Below are positions 27,385 to 35,587 of a stretch of 64,000 bases of DNA, piece after piece. The position numbers were made by a program, and so were the translations under genes. How positions within the stretch are numbered: the first letter of the stretch is position 1; each line of letters starts with the position of its first letter. The notes beneath the pieces were generated by a model that saw nothing but the letters and a program-made list of their open reading frames with translations, was not told where the DNA came from and searched no databases. The DNA comes from Candidatus Binataceae bacterium. Lineage in GTDB: Bacteria > Desulfobacterota > Binatia > Binatales > Binataceae. Location of the stretch: positions 5,389 to 69,388 of the forward strand of contig DATKSQ010000106.1 in the NCBI GenBank assembly GCA_035531615.1. Reading direction: 5' to 3'.

Positions 27385-27993
27385 TCACTTCAGCAATTCT
27401 ATCATTTCGATCGCGGCGTTCGCAGGGATCAGGATTCCCGGACCATCAACATTGAACACGGTCCCATCGGGTCTCTCAAAATAAGACTCGGCTAGAAATA
27501 TCTCCTGCGGATTTGAGCCCTCGGAGTAAAACTTTGGCCATCCGACAATTTCAACTCCGCTCTGGAGATGAACGCGAACCCACGCTCCCCTAAAGGCCTC
27601 GAACGTATCGAGCCAAGCTCCGACCGCGCCGGTCTTCGTAGTTATCCCGATCCAACGTGAGAATGCATAGAACCATCCGCGGTTCGCGATGAAAGACCAT
27701 CCAAGCCCCAAGACCACCGCGCCTGCAACGAGCACGGCCAGACCGATGACCGCCGATAATGACGCCACCATCGCGCCGCCTGCCATAACCAGATTCGAGA
27801 GCGGCGGTAGCGCGCCAAGCACCGCCAGCAGCCCATAAAGAAAATAGTCGATTAGCGCGAACATCAGGGCTTCGACGATTAGCGCGGTGTCCGAAACCGC
27901 GTGGCGAACCGTCAGCGCATCGACCAGCCGCTGGGTCAGAAATCCCGGCAGCAGAAAGATCACAATCGTCAACGCCCCGTTAGTCTCCGGCAT
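27385..27993 (-). CDS. DUF6338-like membrane protein
   Basis: N-terminal LTIVIFLLPGFLTQRLVD plus 3-4 TM helices, then a soluble beta-rich tail (VRVHLQSGVEIVGWPKFYSEGSNPQEIFLAESY). The family name is from memory of the Pfam DUF6338 layout. The region is AT-richer than its flanks. Confidence 0.5.
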   Translation of the reverse strand: MPETNGALTIVIFLLPGFLTQRLVDALTVRHAVSDTALIVEALMFALIDYFLYGLLAVLGALPPLSNLVMAGGAMVASLSAVIGLAVLVAGAVVLGLGWSFIANRGWFYAFSRWIGITTKTGAVGAWLDTFEAFRGAWVRVHLQSGVEIVGWPKFYSEGSNPQEIFLAESYFERPDGTVFNVDGPGILIPANAAIEMIELLK

Positions 27994-28046
27994 CTTTTCC
28001 CCCTATTCGACTTGCTGGACGCCCCGCGAGAACTCCGCGCGTACCG

Positions 28047-28898
28047 TTAAACGAACGTGGCGGCGACTCGCTCGAGCATTCGCGCCATCGTCGCGGGCGT
28101 GAAATCCGACAGGCCGACCACGTAGCGCGAGACTCCAGCTTCGGCGAAGCGCGTCAGTTCCGCTTGCACCGCGGCGCGATCGCCCTGGATATAGCCCATG
28201 ACGGTGATGTCCATCCGGGCGAAATCGCGGCCGGTGGCGGCGCATTCGCGCTTGAGCTCGGCGAGCTTGCCGGCCATGAACTCGGGCGTCACGCGGATCG
28301 GGCACCATCCGTCGCCCCACTTGGCGACGCGCTTGAGCGCGTTTTTATCGAGGCTCCCAATCACGACCGGGGGACCGTTTTTCCGCGCCGGCTTGGGCGC
28401 GCACTTGACCGGAGGAAACTTGACGTATTGGCCATCGAACGATGCTTCATCGTGGGTCCACAGCTCGCGCATCGCGGCTACGTACTCGCGCGTCTGGGTC
28501 CATCTTTTGGGAAAATCGACCGCGAAGAGATCGCATTCCTCGCGCAGCCATCCGGCGCCGATCCCGAAGATCAGCCTGCCATCGGACATCGCGTCGAGCG
28601 TCGCGAGCTGGTTGGCCAGCGCGATCGGGTTATGCTCGGGCACCAGGCAGATGCCGGTCGCGAGCTTGAGATTTTTGGTCGTCGCGGCGGCCATGCTGAG
28701 CGCGACGATCTGATCCGCCATCGAGAAGTATATCGGCGGAATCTCGTTGCCGCCGGGAAATTTTGTCACCGGATTGGCGGGAACCGCTGGATGCTCGGGA
28801 ATCCAGAGCGATTCGTAGCCGAGCGATTCCGCGATTCGCGCGAACTCGCCGGGGTTTCCGTTGCTTCCGCTAAATGGAGTGAGTAATCCGATTTTCAT
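28047..28898 (-). CDS. LLM-class (luciferase-like) F420-dependent oxidoreductase
   Basis: FARIAESLGYESLWIPEHP...IGIGAGWLREE...PPVVIGS has the bacterial luciferase-like TIM-barrel pattern. Confidence 0.75.
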   Translation of the reverse strand: MKIGLLTPFSGSNGNPGEFARIAESLGYESLWIPEHPAVPANPVTKFPGGNEIPPIYFSMADQIVALSMAAATTKNLKLATGICLVPEHNPIALANQLATLDAMSDGRLIFGIGAGWLREECDLFAVDFPKRWTQTREYVAAMRELWTHDEASFDGQYVKFPPVKCAPKPARKNGPPVVIGSLDKNALKRVAKWGDGWCPIRVTPEFMAGKLAELKRECAATGRDFARMDITVMGYIQGDRAAVQAELTRFAEAGVSRYVVGLSDFTPATMARMLERVAATFV

Positions 28899-28955
28899 GG
28901 CGCGCTCCTCTGGCGGTTACCCGCGGCTCACTGCGACCGGGCTTAGTCTAGTTCG

Positions 28956-29390
28956 TTATGGCAGCGACTCGAAAGGGTTGTGAGCGGCGATTTCCAAGGG
29001 CGCGAAGTGCCGCAGATTCCGGGTCAATACGATTAAATCATGTGCGGCCGCCGTGGCGGCAATTCCCAAGTCGGCGAATCCGGGGCTCCGGCCCTTGCTG
29101 CGCGCGCGATCGGAGAGTTTGCCCGCGATGCCAGCTGCCGGTACGTCGAAGGGCAGAACGCGCCTGCTGTAGAGGTGCAGCAGGGTTTCCAGCCATTGCT
29201 CCAAACGAAACGCTTTGCGCAGGGCGCCCTCGCGGCGGATCTTCGCTATTCCGCCCTCGATCTCGGCTACGGTGATCGCCGATAGAAAGAGACGTTCCGA
29301 GTTACGATCCATCCATGCGGCCAGCTCGGTTGAGACCATCTCTCTGGATGGCGCGCCGGACGAGATCACGTCGGTGTCCACCAGATACAT
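28956..29390 (-). CDS. vapC: type II toxin, PIN-domain ribonuclease VapC/FitB-like
   Basis: MYLVDTDVIS...SAITVAEIE...ADLGIAATA...LTRNLRHF shows the PIN acidic residues in canonical order. It begins 3 nt after the antitoxin gene. Confidence 0.85.
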   Translation of the reverse strand: MYLVDTDVISSGAPSREMVSTELAAWMDRNSERLFLSAITVAEIEGGIAKIRREGALRKAFRLEQWLETLLHLYSRRVLPFDVPAAGIAGKLSDRARSKGRSPGFADLGIAATAAAHDLIVLTRNLRHFAPLEIAAHNPFESLP

Positions 29391-29393
29391 TGT

Positions 29394-29636
29394 TCACCAA
29401 CGCGGATCGTGCGGCGGTTTGCGGTTACGCTTGGGCAAATCGCCCTTCTCCAGCGGCGCCGCCATCAACAGGCGTCCGAACGAGGGGACAGAAGATAATC
29501 GTTCCCAATCCTCGTAACTGATGAGAACGGCTTCGGAGCGGCCATGCCGGGTAATGACGCATGGTTTGCCGCGCGCCGCGTCATCCACAACCGCGGACAG
29601 AGTAGCCTTCGCGTCTTTCAATTGAAGCTTTCTCAT
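29394..29636 (-). CDS. type II antitoxin, Phd/YefM family (VapB partner)
   Basis: Only the last 80 codons of track ORF 29394..30311 look real. ATG at 29636. MRKLQLKDAKATLSAVVDDAARGKPCVITRHGRSEAVLISYEDWERL. Confidence 0.8.
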   Translation of the reverse strand: MRKLQLKDAKATLSAVVDDAARGKPCVITRHGRSEAVLISYEDWERLSSVPSFGRLLMAAPLEKGDLPKRNRKPPHDPRW

Positions 29637-29809
29637 GTTTGATGCTCCGAAGACATGACTACTTTGGTCATATATTAGGACGATCCATCGTATATTGCGA
29701 CACCCGCGCATTACTGGACGTACGCCCGGGATTTCTCTCGTTGGTCGAAATGGCGGATGTGGACTCGGGCGGCATGAAATAGCGCAGGGTCGGCGACCAG
29801 TTGAGACGG

Positions 29810-30286
29810 CTAGTCCCAGCCGAAGAAATCCTTCGCGTACACAAAGCGCCCGACGCCCGCGGCGCGCGCCGCTTGCTCGTCGATCTCCTGATCGCCCACC
29901 ATCGTCGAGGACTTCAGGTCCACGCCGTAGAGTTCCGCCAGCTCCGTGATCATCCCGCCCTTGGGCTTGCGGCATCGGCAGTTGTCCTCGTCGAGGTGCG
30001 GGCAGATTTCCCACGCGGTGATGATGTCGCCAAGCGCATCGTCGAGGGCGCGCAGTCCCGCCTCGACCTGTTCGCGCGTGAACCATCCACGGCGGATTCC
30101 GGCCTGATTGGTGACGATCAAGACCAGGTGATCGTGGATCGGGCGCAGCTTGTCGGCGACCCCGGGCAGCAACTCGATAATCAGGTTGCCGCCGGCGTCG
30201 CGCGGGATCGAGCGGGTCTCGTCGATCCTGACCAGCGTTCCGGCAAGATCGAAGAACAACGCGGCATTGCCGTTGGATTCGGACAT
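29810..30286 (-). CDS. HAD-IIIA family phosphatase (GmhB / histidinol-phosphatase-like)
   Basis: FFDLAGTLV (motif I, with Ala where the second Asp usually sits), VTNQAGI (motif II), CRCRKPKGGM (Zn-loop/Lys motif) and MVGDQEID (motif IV). Confidence 0.7.
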   Translation of the reverse strand: MSESNGNAALFFDLAGTLVRIDETRSIPRDAGGNLIIELLPGVADKLRPIHDHLVLIVTNQAGIRRGWFTREQVEAGLRALDDALGDIITAWEICPHLDEDNCRCRKPKGGMITELAELYGVDLKSSTMVGDQEIDEQAARAAGVGRFVYAKDFFGWD

Positions 30287-30295
30287 CGCGGAACC

Positions 30296-31654
30296 TCAGG
30301 CGGCGCGCCAATCGAGGTGATCGCGGACCTGGGCGAAGACCTCGTCCAGAACCGCGACGCCGGCCTCGGCCTGCGCTTCGGTGATAACCAGCGGCGGGTT
30401 GATCCGGATACGTGGAAAGTAGCTCATCGTGACCAGACCGCGCTTGAGCGACTCGGTGAATATATACTCAGTCACTTTCCTGCCCAGCAGCTCCTTGGAT
30501 TTCAGATCGCGCACCAGCTCGATTCCGATCAGCAGCCCCTTGCCGCGCACGTCGCCGATAAATTCGTACTTCTCCTGAAGCTGGCGCAGCCGCGAGAGCA
30601 TCGCGGCGCCGACCTTGCGGGAGTTCTCGACCAGCTTATCGTCGCGGATCGTCTTGATCGTCTCCGACACCGCGACCGCCGCGAGCGGGTTCCCGCCGTA
30701 GCTCGAGGACGACGCGCTGGGCTTGCCGAACGGCTCGGCGTGGCCGATCTCATCGCTCAGCAGGACCCCGGAGACCGGATAGCCGGAACCCATCCCCTTG
30801 CCGACCGTGATCACGTCGGGGAGGGTGCCGCTATGCTCGACGCCCCACATTTTTCCGGTGCGGCCGAAGCCGGTGATCATTTCGTCGGCGATCAGAAGCG
30901 CGCCCAAATCCTTGGCCATCGACTTGATCGCGGGCAGCCAATCGTCGGGTGGTATCACGTTGCCGGCGGTGCCTTGCATCGGCTCGACCAGGACCGCGGC
31001 GACTTCTCCCGCCGACGAGTTCTTGATCTGCTGGCGCGCGAAGTCCACGCACGCAAGCCCGCACGCGGGATACTCGAGCTTCAGCGGGCATCGGTAGCAA
31101 TCGGCGTAGGGCACCTGGTAGCGGCCGCCGGGCAGCGGACCGTAGCCCTGTTTCGATTCATCACCGACGAGACCCAGCACGCCCATCGTCTTGCCATGAA
31201 AGCCGCCCCAGAAGGCGACGACCTCGTGTTTTTTGGTTACAGAGCGGGCCAGGCGCAACGCGGCCTCGACCGCCTCGGCGCCGCCGCTGTATAGATGCGC
31301 GCGCTTGAGATTGCCGGGAGCGGTTTCGCCGAGCAGCCGGAACGCTTCGGCGCGCTCTTTGGTCGCGAACGTGCCGACCGTCAGGCGCGCGGCCTGCTTC
31401 GAGAGCGCCTGCACCATCCGGGGATTGGCGTGGCCCAAGCTCGCGACGCCAACCCCGGCGAAGAAATCGACATAGGTGTTGCCGTCGGCGTCGGTCAGAG
31501 TCGCGCCCTCGCCGTGGTCGAAGGCGACGCGGGCCAACAGCGAGATACGCTGGCGGCCCGGTGCGACGTAGCGCTGTTCGTCGTTGAAGATCTCGGTTGA
31601 TTTGGGTCCAGGAACCGCGGTGCGGATCGAGGGTAGTTTGCCGTTGGATGCCAT
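30296..31654 (-). CDS. class-III (aspartate aminotransferase fold) PLP-dependent aminotransferase
   Basis: 452 aa. DADGNTYVDFFAGVGVASLGHANP, FWGGFHGKT, LIADEMITGFGRTGKMW and VGKGMGSGYP (Schiff-base Lys region) are GABA/ornithine-aminotransferase-like. Confidence 0.85.
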   Translation of the reverse strand: MASNGKLPSIRTAVPGPKSTEIFNDEQRYVAPGRQRISLLARVAFDHGEGATLTDADGNTYVDFFAGVGVASLGHANPRMVQALSKQAARLTVGTFATKERAEAFRLLGETAPGNLKRAHLYSGGAEAVEAALRLARSVTKKHEVVAFWGGFHGKTMGVLGLVGDESKQGYGPLPGGRYQVPYADCYRCPLKLEYPACGLACVDFARQQIKNSSAGEVAAVLVEPMQGTAGNVIPPDDWLPAIKSMAKDLGALLIADEMITGFGRTGKMWGVEHSGTLPDVITVGKGMGSGYPVSGVLLSDEIGHAEPFGKPSASSSSYGGNPLAAVAVSETIKTIRDDKLVENSRKVGAAMLSRLRQLQEKYEFIGDVRGKGLLIGIELVRDLKSKELLGRKVTEYIFTESLKRGLVTMSYFPRIRINPPLVITEAQAEAGVAVLDEVFAQVRDHLDWRAA

Positions 31655-31715
31655 CAGGGCGTGTCTTTCAAATCCTTATGCTTTCAAATTATGGCTGATC
31701 CTGGATGCGCCAGCA

Positions 31716-32555
31716 TCACGCGCTATGAATGCCGGGTCGCGCACGCGACAGGATCGCGATTGCGCGCCGCGCGATCGCGCGCGCGGCGGGTCCGCGCACC
31801 CGGCTATAACTTGGCCAGTCGTTAAAGTCGATAATCGCAAATCGTTCGCCACTCAAGACCGCGTCGCCTCCCCATGCCTCCAAACCGAGCGCCGCGGCGG
31901 CGGTTTGCGCGGCCGCAGCGAGTTCGCGCACGGCGGCTTCCGGCACCTCGCCCGTTTCGGGCAGCACCGCAAAATATGAACCTCCGCTGACGCCGTAAAA
32001 CTTTATCACCGCTCCGACGAATTCCTGCTGCACATAGGCGAAGCGGATTCCGCGCCGGGCGAAGCTTCCCAGCCGCGCCTGGAGGTCGGCGCGGCCCTCC
32101 GCGCGCTGTACGTCATCGGGGCCGAGCGCGTGCAGATCGCCGCGCTTGATAAACACCGGCGCGCCGAGATCGACTCCCGCAAGCGCCCGCGCGTCGAGCG
32201 GCACGGCGGTTGCGACCAGCGCTCCGGCGGGAGTCGGCACGCCGGCGCGCGCGAGTCCGGGGGCCAGCAGATCGCGGTAGCAATTCCGGATCGCCAGCGC
32301 CGAGTTGATCGCGATCGCGCCCGCGCGTTCGGCCTCCGCAAGGCGGCGCAGCGCATGTTCGCCCTGGCACATCGCCAGGATTATGTCGGCGCGCGTCTCG
32401 GCGCCGCCGGCGAACGCGCGCGCGTCGAGCGATCCGATCTCGACCCCGGCGCGTGAAAGCTCGGCCAGCACGGAGTCAAGGATCGCCGCGTCGGCTTCGA
32501 CCTTGCCCGGCGAGAATTCGGGTTCGCGGTAAATTCCAAGGGCGCGATGACTCAT
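31716..32555 (-). CDS. ATP-grasp domain protein
   Basis: VFIKRGDLHA...AYVQQEFVGAVIKFYGV...WGGDAVLSGERFAIIDFNDWPS fits the ATP-grasp central and C-terminal lobes. ATGA overlap with the upstream gene. Confidence 0.65.
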   Translation of the reverse strand: MSHRALGIYREPEFSPGKVEADAAILDSVLAELSRAGVEIGSLDARAFAGGAETRADIILAMCQGEHALRRLAEAERAGAIAINSALAIRNCYRDLLAPGLARAGVPTPAGALVATAVPLDARALAGVDLGAPVFIKRGDLHALGPDDVQRAEGRADLQARLGSFARRGIRFAYVQQEFVGAVIKFYGVSGGSYFAVLPETGEVPEAAVRELAAAAQTAAAALGLEAWGGDAVLSGERFAIIDFNDWPSYSRVRGPAARAIARRAIAILSRARPGIHSA

Positions 32556-33253
32556 CGGCGGGTCTCCACCTCGCGGCGCGCCGCTTCGAGATCGGCGGCT
32601 TCGTCGATATCGATCGCGCCGGTGACTTCGATCGCTCGCAGCCGAAACCCCTGCGCCAGGATCATCGCCAGTAACGCGCGCATCGCGCCGAGCTTTCGCG
32701 CACGCGCATCGTCGCCCAGCGCGAAGATTGCGGTCGGGAGCCAGTACACTCCCGCGGTCACGATCGGCGCGGGCCGCGCGCCAAGTTCCTGGATTAACCC
32801 CGCCGGGGTGACGTGCGTGAAAAGCGGCTGCTTATCACCACGCCACTTCACCACCGCAAGCGCGCCATCACAGGCTCCCGCCTCCGACGCGGCGCGGGCC
32901 TTCAGGGCGAATCGCTCGAACTCCTCGGGCGGCAGGATCGCATCCACCGTCGCAAGCAGAAAATGGCCCGGGCGCAAAGACTCGCCAAGCGTCAGCAGAG
33001 TCTCCATCGAGGATGCCGTATCGCGCACGATAATCGTGAGCTCGGGCGGCATCTCGAATGCGCCGACCAGCGCCGCCGTCTCGCGATTGATCACCGCCAG
33101 CACCTGATCCGCACCCGCCGCGAGCATCGCGCGCACTTGGCGCACAAGCATCGGCACGCCGCCGACCTCGACCAGCGGCTTGGGAATCGAATCGCCGGTG
33201 GTGGCGCGCAGGCGCTCACCGCGCCCGGCCGCAACTATCGCGCCTTGAAACAC
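32552..33253 (-). CDS. nucleotidyltransferase (NTP_transferase / GlmU-MobA-like fold)
   Basis: GAIVAAGRGERLR...PKPLVEVGGVPML is the canonical G-x-G-x-R-L...K-P-L sugar/alcohol-phosphate nucleotidylyltransferase signature. Confidence 0.75.
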   Translation of the reverse strand: MFQGAIVAAGRGERLRATTGDSIPKPLVEVGGVPMLVRQVRAMLAAGADQVLAVINRETAALVGAFEMPPELTIIVRDTASSMETLLTLGESLRPGHFLLATVDAILPPEEFERFALKARAASEAGACDGALAVVKWRGDKQPLFTHVTPAGLIQELGARPAPIVTAGVYWLPTAIFALGDDARARKLGAMRALLAMILAQGFRLRAIEVTGAIDIDEAADLEAARREVETRR

Positions 33254-33255
33254 GC

Positions 33256-34014
33256 TTAGATCTCCAAGGTCGCGAGTTCTTCCAGGGCGGCGATTATGTG
33301 GTCGGCGGATATGGATTCGCCGCCGCGCGCATCACCGCTCGAGTTTCCATTCGCCGCCGCCGGATCGGGCCGATACCACACCGTCTTGAGCCCGAGCGCG
33401 CGCGCTGGCGCGCAGTCTTTTTCGAGCGAGTCGCCGATCATCGCGGCGCTGGCCGGCGCGGTGCCAAGCGACTCGAGCGCGGTCTGGAACATCCGCGGGT
33501 CAGGCTTCTCGAATCCGAGCCGCCCCGAATCAACCACCGTGTCGATGAACGGCGACATCGCCGCCTCGGCAAGCACCCGCTTAAGATTGCCGTACCAGTT
33601 GGACACCACTGCGATTCGGTAGCGCGGCTTGAGCGTGGCCAGCACCGCGCGGCTCCGCTTCATCCCACGCGTGGATTCCTCGACGAACAACGCGGTGATC
33701 CGCTCGGTCAGGCGATGACGCGCGCGGGAATCAAGCGCGCCGAGCATCGCGCGAACCGGGTCGGCGCCACGGGCGGTAAGAAACTCGACCTGTTGGCCGA
33801 CCAGCATCCGCACCAAATCGATGAACCCAAAGCGTTCGACGACCCGGCCCGCATGGACGGTTGCGACACTGGCGTGCTGATAGGCGGGGTCCAGAGCCTC
33901 GCGCGCGATCGGAATTTCGGCTTTGCGATATTGCGCGGCAAAGCGGTCGAGCCAATAGTCGGGCCCGTCCAGCGTGGCGCCAAAATCAAACAGCAGCGTG
34001 GTAACTATCGCCAT
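33256..34014 (-). CDS. HAD-superfamily hydrolase
   Basis: LLFDFGATL (motif I variant), VVSNWYG (motif II), GFEKPDPRMF (Lys motif) and MIGDSLEKD (motif IV). Confidence 0.75.
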   Translation of the reverse strand: MAIVTTLLFDFGATLDGPDYWLDRFAAQYRKAEIPIAREALDPAYQHASVATVHAGRVVERFGFIDLVRMLVGQQVEFLTARGADPVRAMLGALDSRARHRLTERITALFVEESTRGMKRSRAVLATLKPRYRIAVVSNWYGNLKRVLAEAAMSPFIDTVVDSGRLGFEKPDPRMFQTALESLGTAPASAAMIGDSLEKDCAPARALGLKTVWYRPDPAAANGNSSGDARGGESISADHIIAALEELATLEI

Positions 34015-34348
34015 GAGCCACCCGAGTTTACCAGCGCCCGGATGCCGTCACTAGACTGGATCGGACGCGACCGTGCACGGAAGCGAGATTTAATGGATTT
34101 GACATTAGGGTGCACACGCCATAAACCGTACGCGACCAATGTTCTTTGGAAGCGGAGCATCGCCGACGCAGGCGGTGCTCGACTGTGGTTCATAGCACTG
34201 CATGGTCGGGGAGATGGCATCTTGGCTGAAATAGCAGGGCTGATACGTGAGAGAAACATCCTGAAGAAATGCTTCTAGCCCGACGGTTGGAAGCATGTTA
34301 GCTTGACCAGTCGGACAGTTCTCGCGGGAAACCGGGTTTTATAACGCC

Positions 34349-35527
34349 TTGGCTACAGAAACGGCTCTCATCGCCGCTCCCTCACGCGCCGCCAACGAGA
34401 TCTTTGGCCGCCCTCTGTTGGAGCGGCTGATTCTGTCCTGCGAACGCGCGGGTATCAGGCGCTTTCTAATCGAGGCGCCCAAAGCCCGGCGTAACGAAAT
34501 CGAAACCTCGCTCGGACGTTACCGAAGTCATCCCGCAATCACCCTGATTGATAGCCTGGAACCCGCGACCCTCGAGCACGAGCAGCTAAGTCCCGAAACA
34601 GCCTGCATCGCGCTGTCCGGAAACCTGGTGTTCTTCAAGTCGCAGCTCGAAGCGGTGCTGGCCGAAGCCGCACAAAAACCCGGCATGATCGTCCGCCTGA
34701 CCACGGCGGATTCCGATCATGGTGGCGAAATCGCAGCCGGGCCGTGCGCGGAACTCTTGCGGCGCGGCGGAATCAATGGCGAGCAACTTCCCAAGCCGCT
34801 CGGGGATCTGCCGTTCGCGCTCAACGGACGCCCCGAGGATCGCGAAGAGGCGGAACTGCGTCTGGCGCGCTCGCTGCGCGCCGAGACGGCGGCCAAGGAC
34901 GCGCCGATGGCGCGCTGGGTGGATCGCAAGCTCTCGTGGCGGCTCAGCATGCGGCTGGCGCGCACGCGGATCACGCCCAATCAAATCACGATCGCCAACA
35001 CACTAGTCGGGTTCGCGGCTGGATGGATGTTCGCGATACCGAGCTACTGGTGGCGCCTGGCGGCGGCGGTGCTGTTCCTGATCTCGATCACGATTGACGG
35101 CGTGGACGGCGAATTGGCGCGGCTCACGATGAGCGAGACCGATTTCGGCGGCAAGCTCGATGTGTTGACGGACAACCTGGTGCACGTCGCGGTGTTCATT
35201 GGAATCTTCATCGGATGCTACCGGGCCAGCGGCGGTGTCGCGTACCTATGGCTCACAGTTTTAGTCTTGATCGGCTTTGGATTGTGCTCGTATGCTACCT
35301 ACCGTGCTTTTTCTCTTCGCGGCACAGTCGCGGAAAAATGGCTCGAAACGCTGGACCGTTGGAGCGGCCGCGACTTCGCCTATCTGCTGGTCATACTGGC
35401 CTTGCTTAACCGGCTCGAATGGTTCGCATGGGGGACAGCGTTCGGCACTTATGTCTTCGGGTTCGGACTGATGTGGCTTACGGCTCACAAGCTGCCGAGC
35501 CACGCGGCGGCGATCGAACGGAAGTAA
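34349..35527 (+). CDS. fusion protein: degenerate nucleotidyltransferase-like N-domain plus CDP-alcohol phosphatidyltransferase membrane domain
   Basis: TTG start. The C-terminal half has the exact DGx2ARx8Gx3Dx3D signature (DGELARLTMSETDFGGKLDVLTD) and about 6 TM helices. The N-terminal ~190 aa resembles an NTP-transferase fold but lacks GxGxR (LIAAPSRAANEIFGRPLLERLI). Confidence 0.75.
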   Translation: MATETALIAAPSRAANEIFGRPLLERLILSCERAGIRRFLIEAPKARRNEIETSLGRYRSHPAITLIDSLEPATLEHEQLSPETACIALSGNLVFFKSQLEAVLAEAAQKPGMIVRLTTADSDHGGEIAAGPCAELLRRGGINGEQLPKPLGDLPFALNGRPEDREEAELRLARSLRAETAAKDAPMARWVDRKLSWRLSMRLARTRITPNQITIANTLVGFAAGWMFAIPSYWWRLAAAVLFLISITIDGVDGELARLTMSETDFGGKLDVLTDNLVHVAVFIGIFIGCYRASGGVAYLWLTVLVLIGFGLCSYATYRAFSLRGTVAEKWLETLDRWSGRDFAYLLVILALLNRLEWFAWGTAFGTYVFGFGLMWLTAHKLPSHAAAIERK

Positions 35528-35587
35528 CCATCTTCGGGACAACGATCGGAAACCATAGGAAAGGACGGCGTCCACGCCGAAGGAAGC

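Noticed and set aside
29394-30311. A 305-aa ORF spanning the antitoxin, the intergenic region and the antisense of the HAD-IIIA gene.
   Set aside because: Only the last 80 codons (29394..29636) form a recognisable Phd/YefM antitoxin. The remainder is Arg/Pro/Gly-rich and is antisense to a well-supported HAD phosphatase.
34304-34345. A TTGACC ... TATAAC pair upstream of the CDP-alcohol transferase gene as a sigma-70 promoter.
   Set aside because: The spacer is about 31 nt, far from the 16-18 nt optimum. It cannot be called a promoter from sequence alone.
35528-35587. A cobalamin riboswitch upstream of either B12-radical-SAM gene (35528-35587 and 6061-6220).
   Set aside because: The gaps are too short or lack any B12-box-like conserved core that I can recognise. 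This needs an Rfam/Infernal scan to exclude formally.
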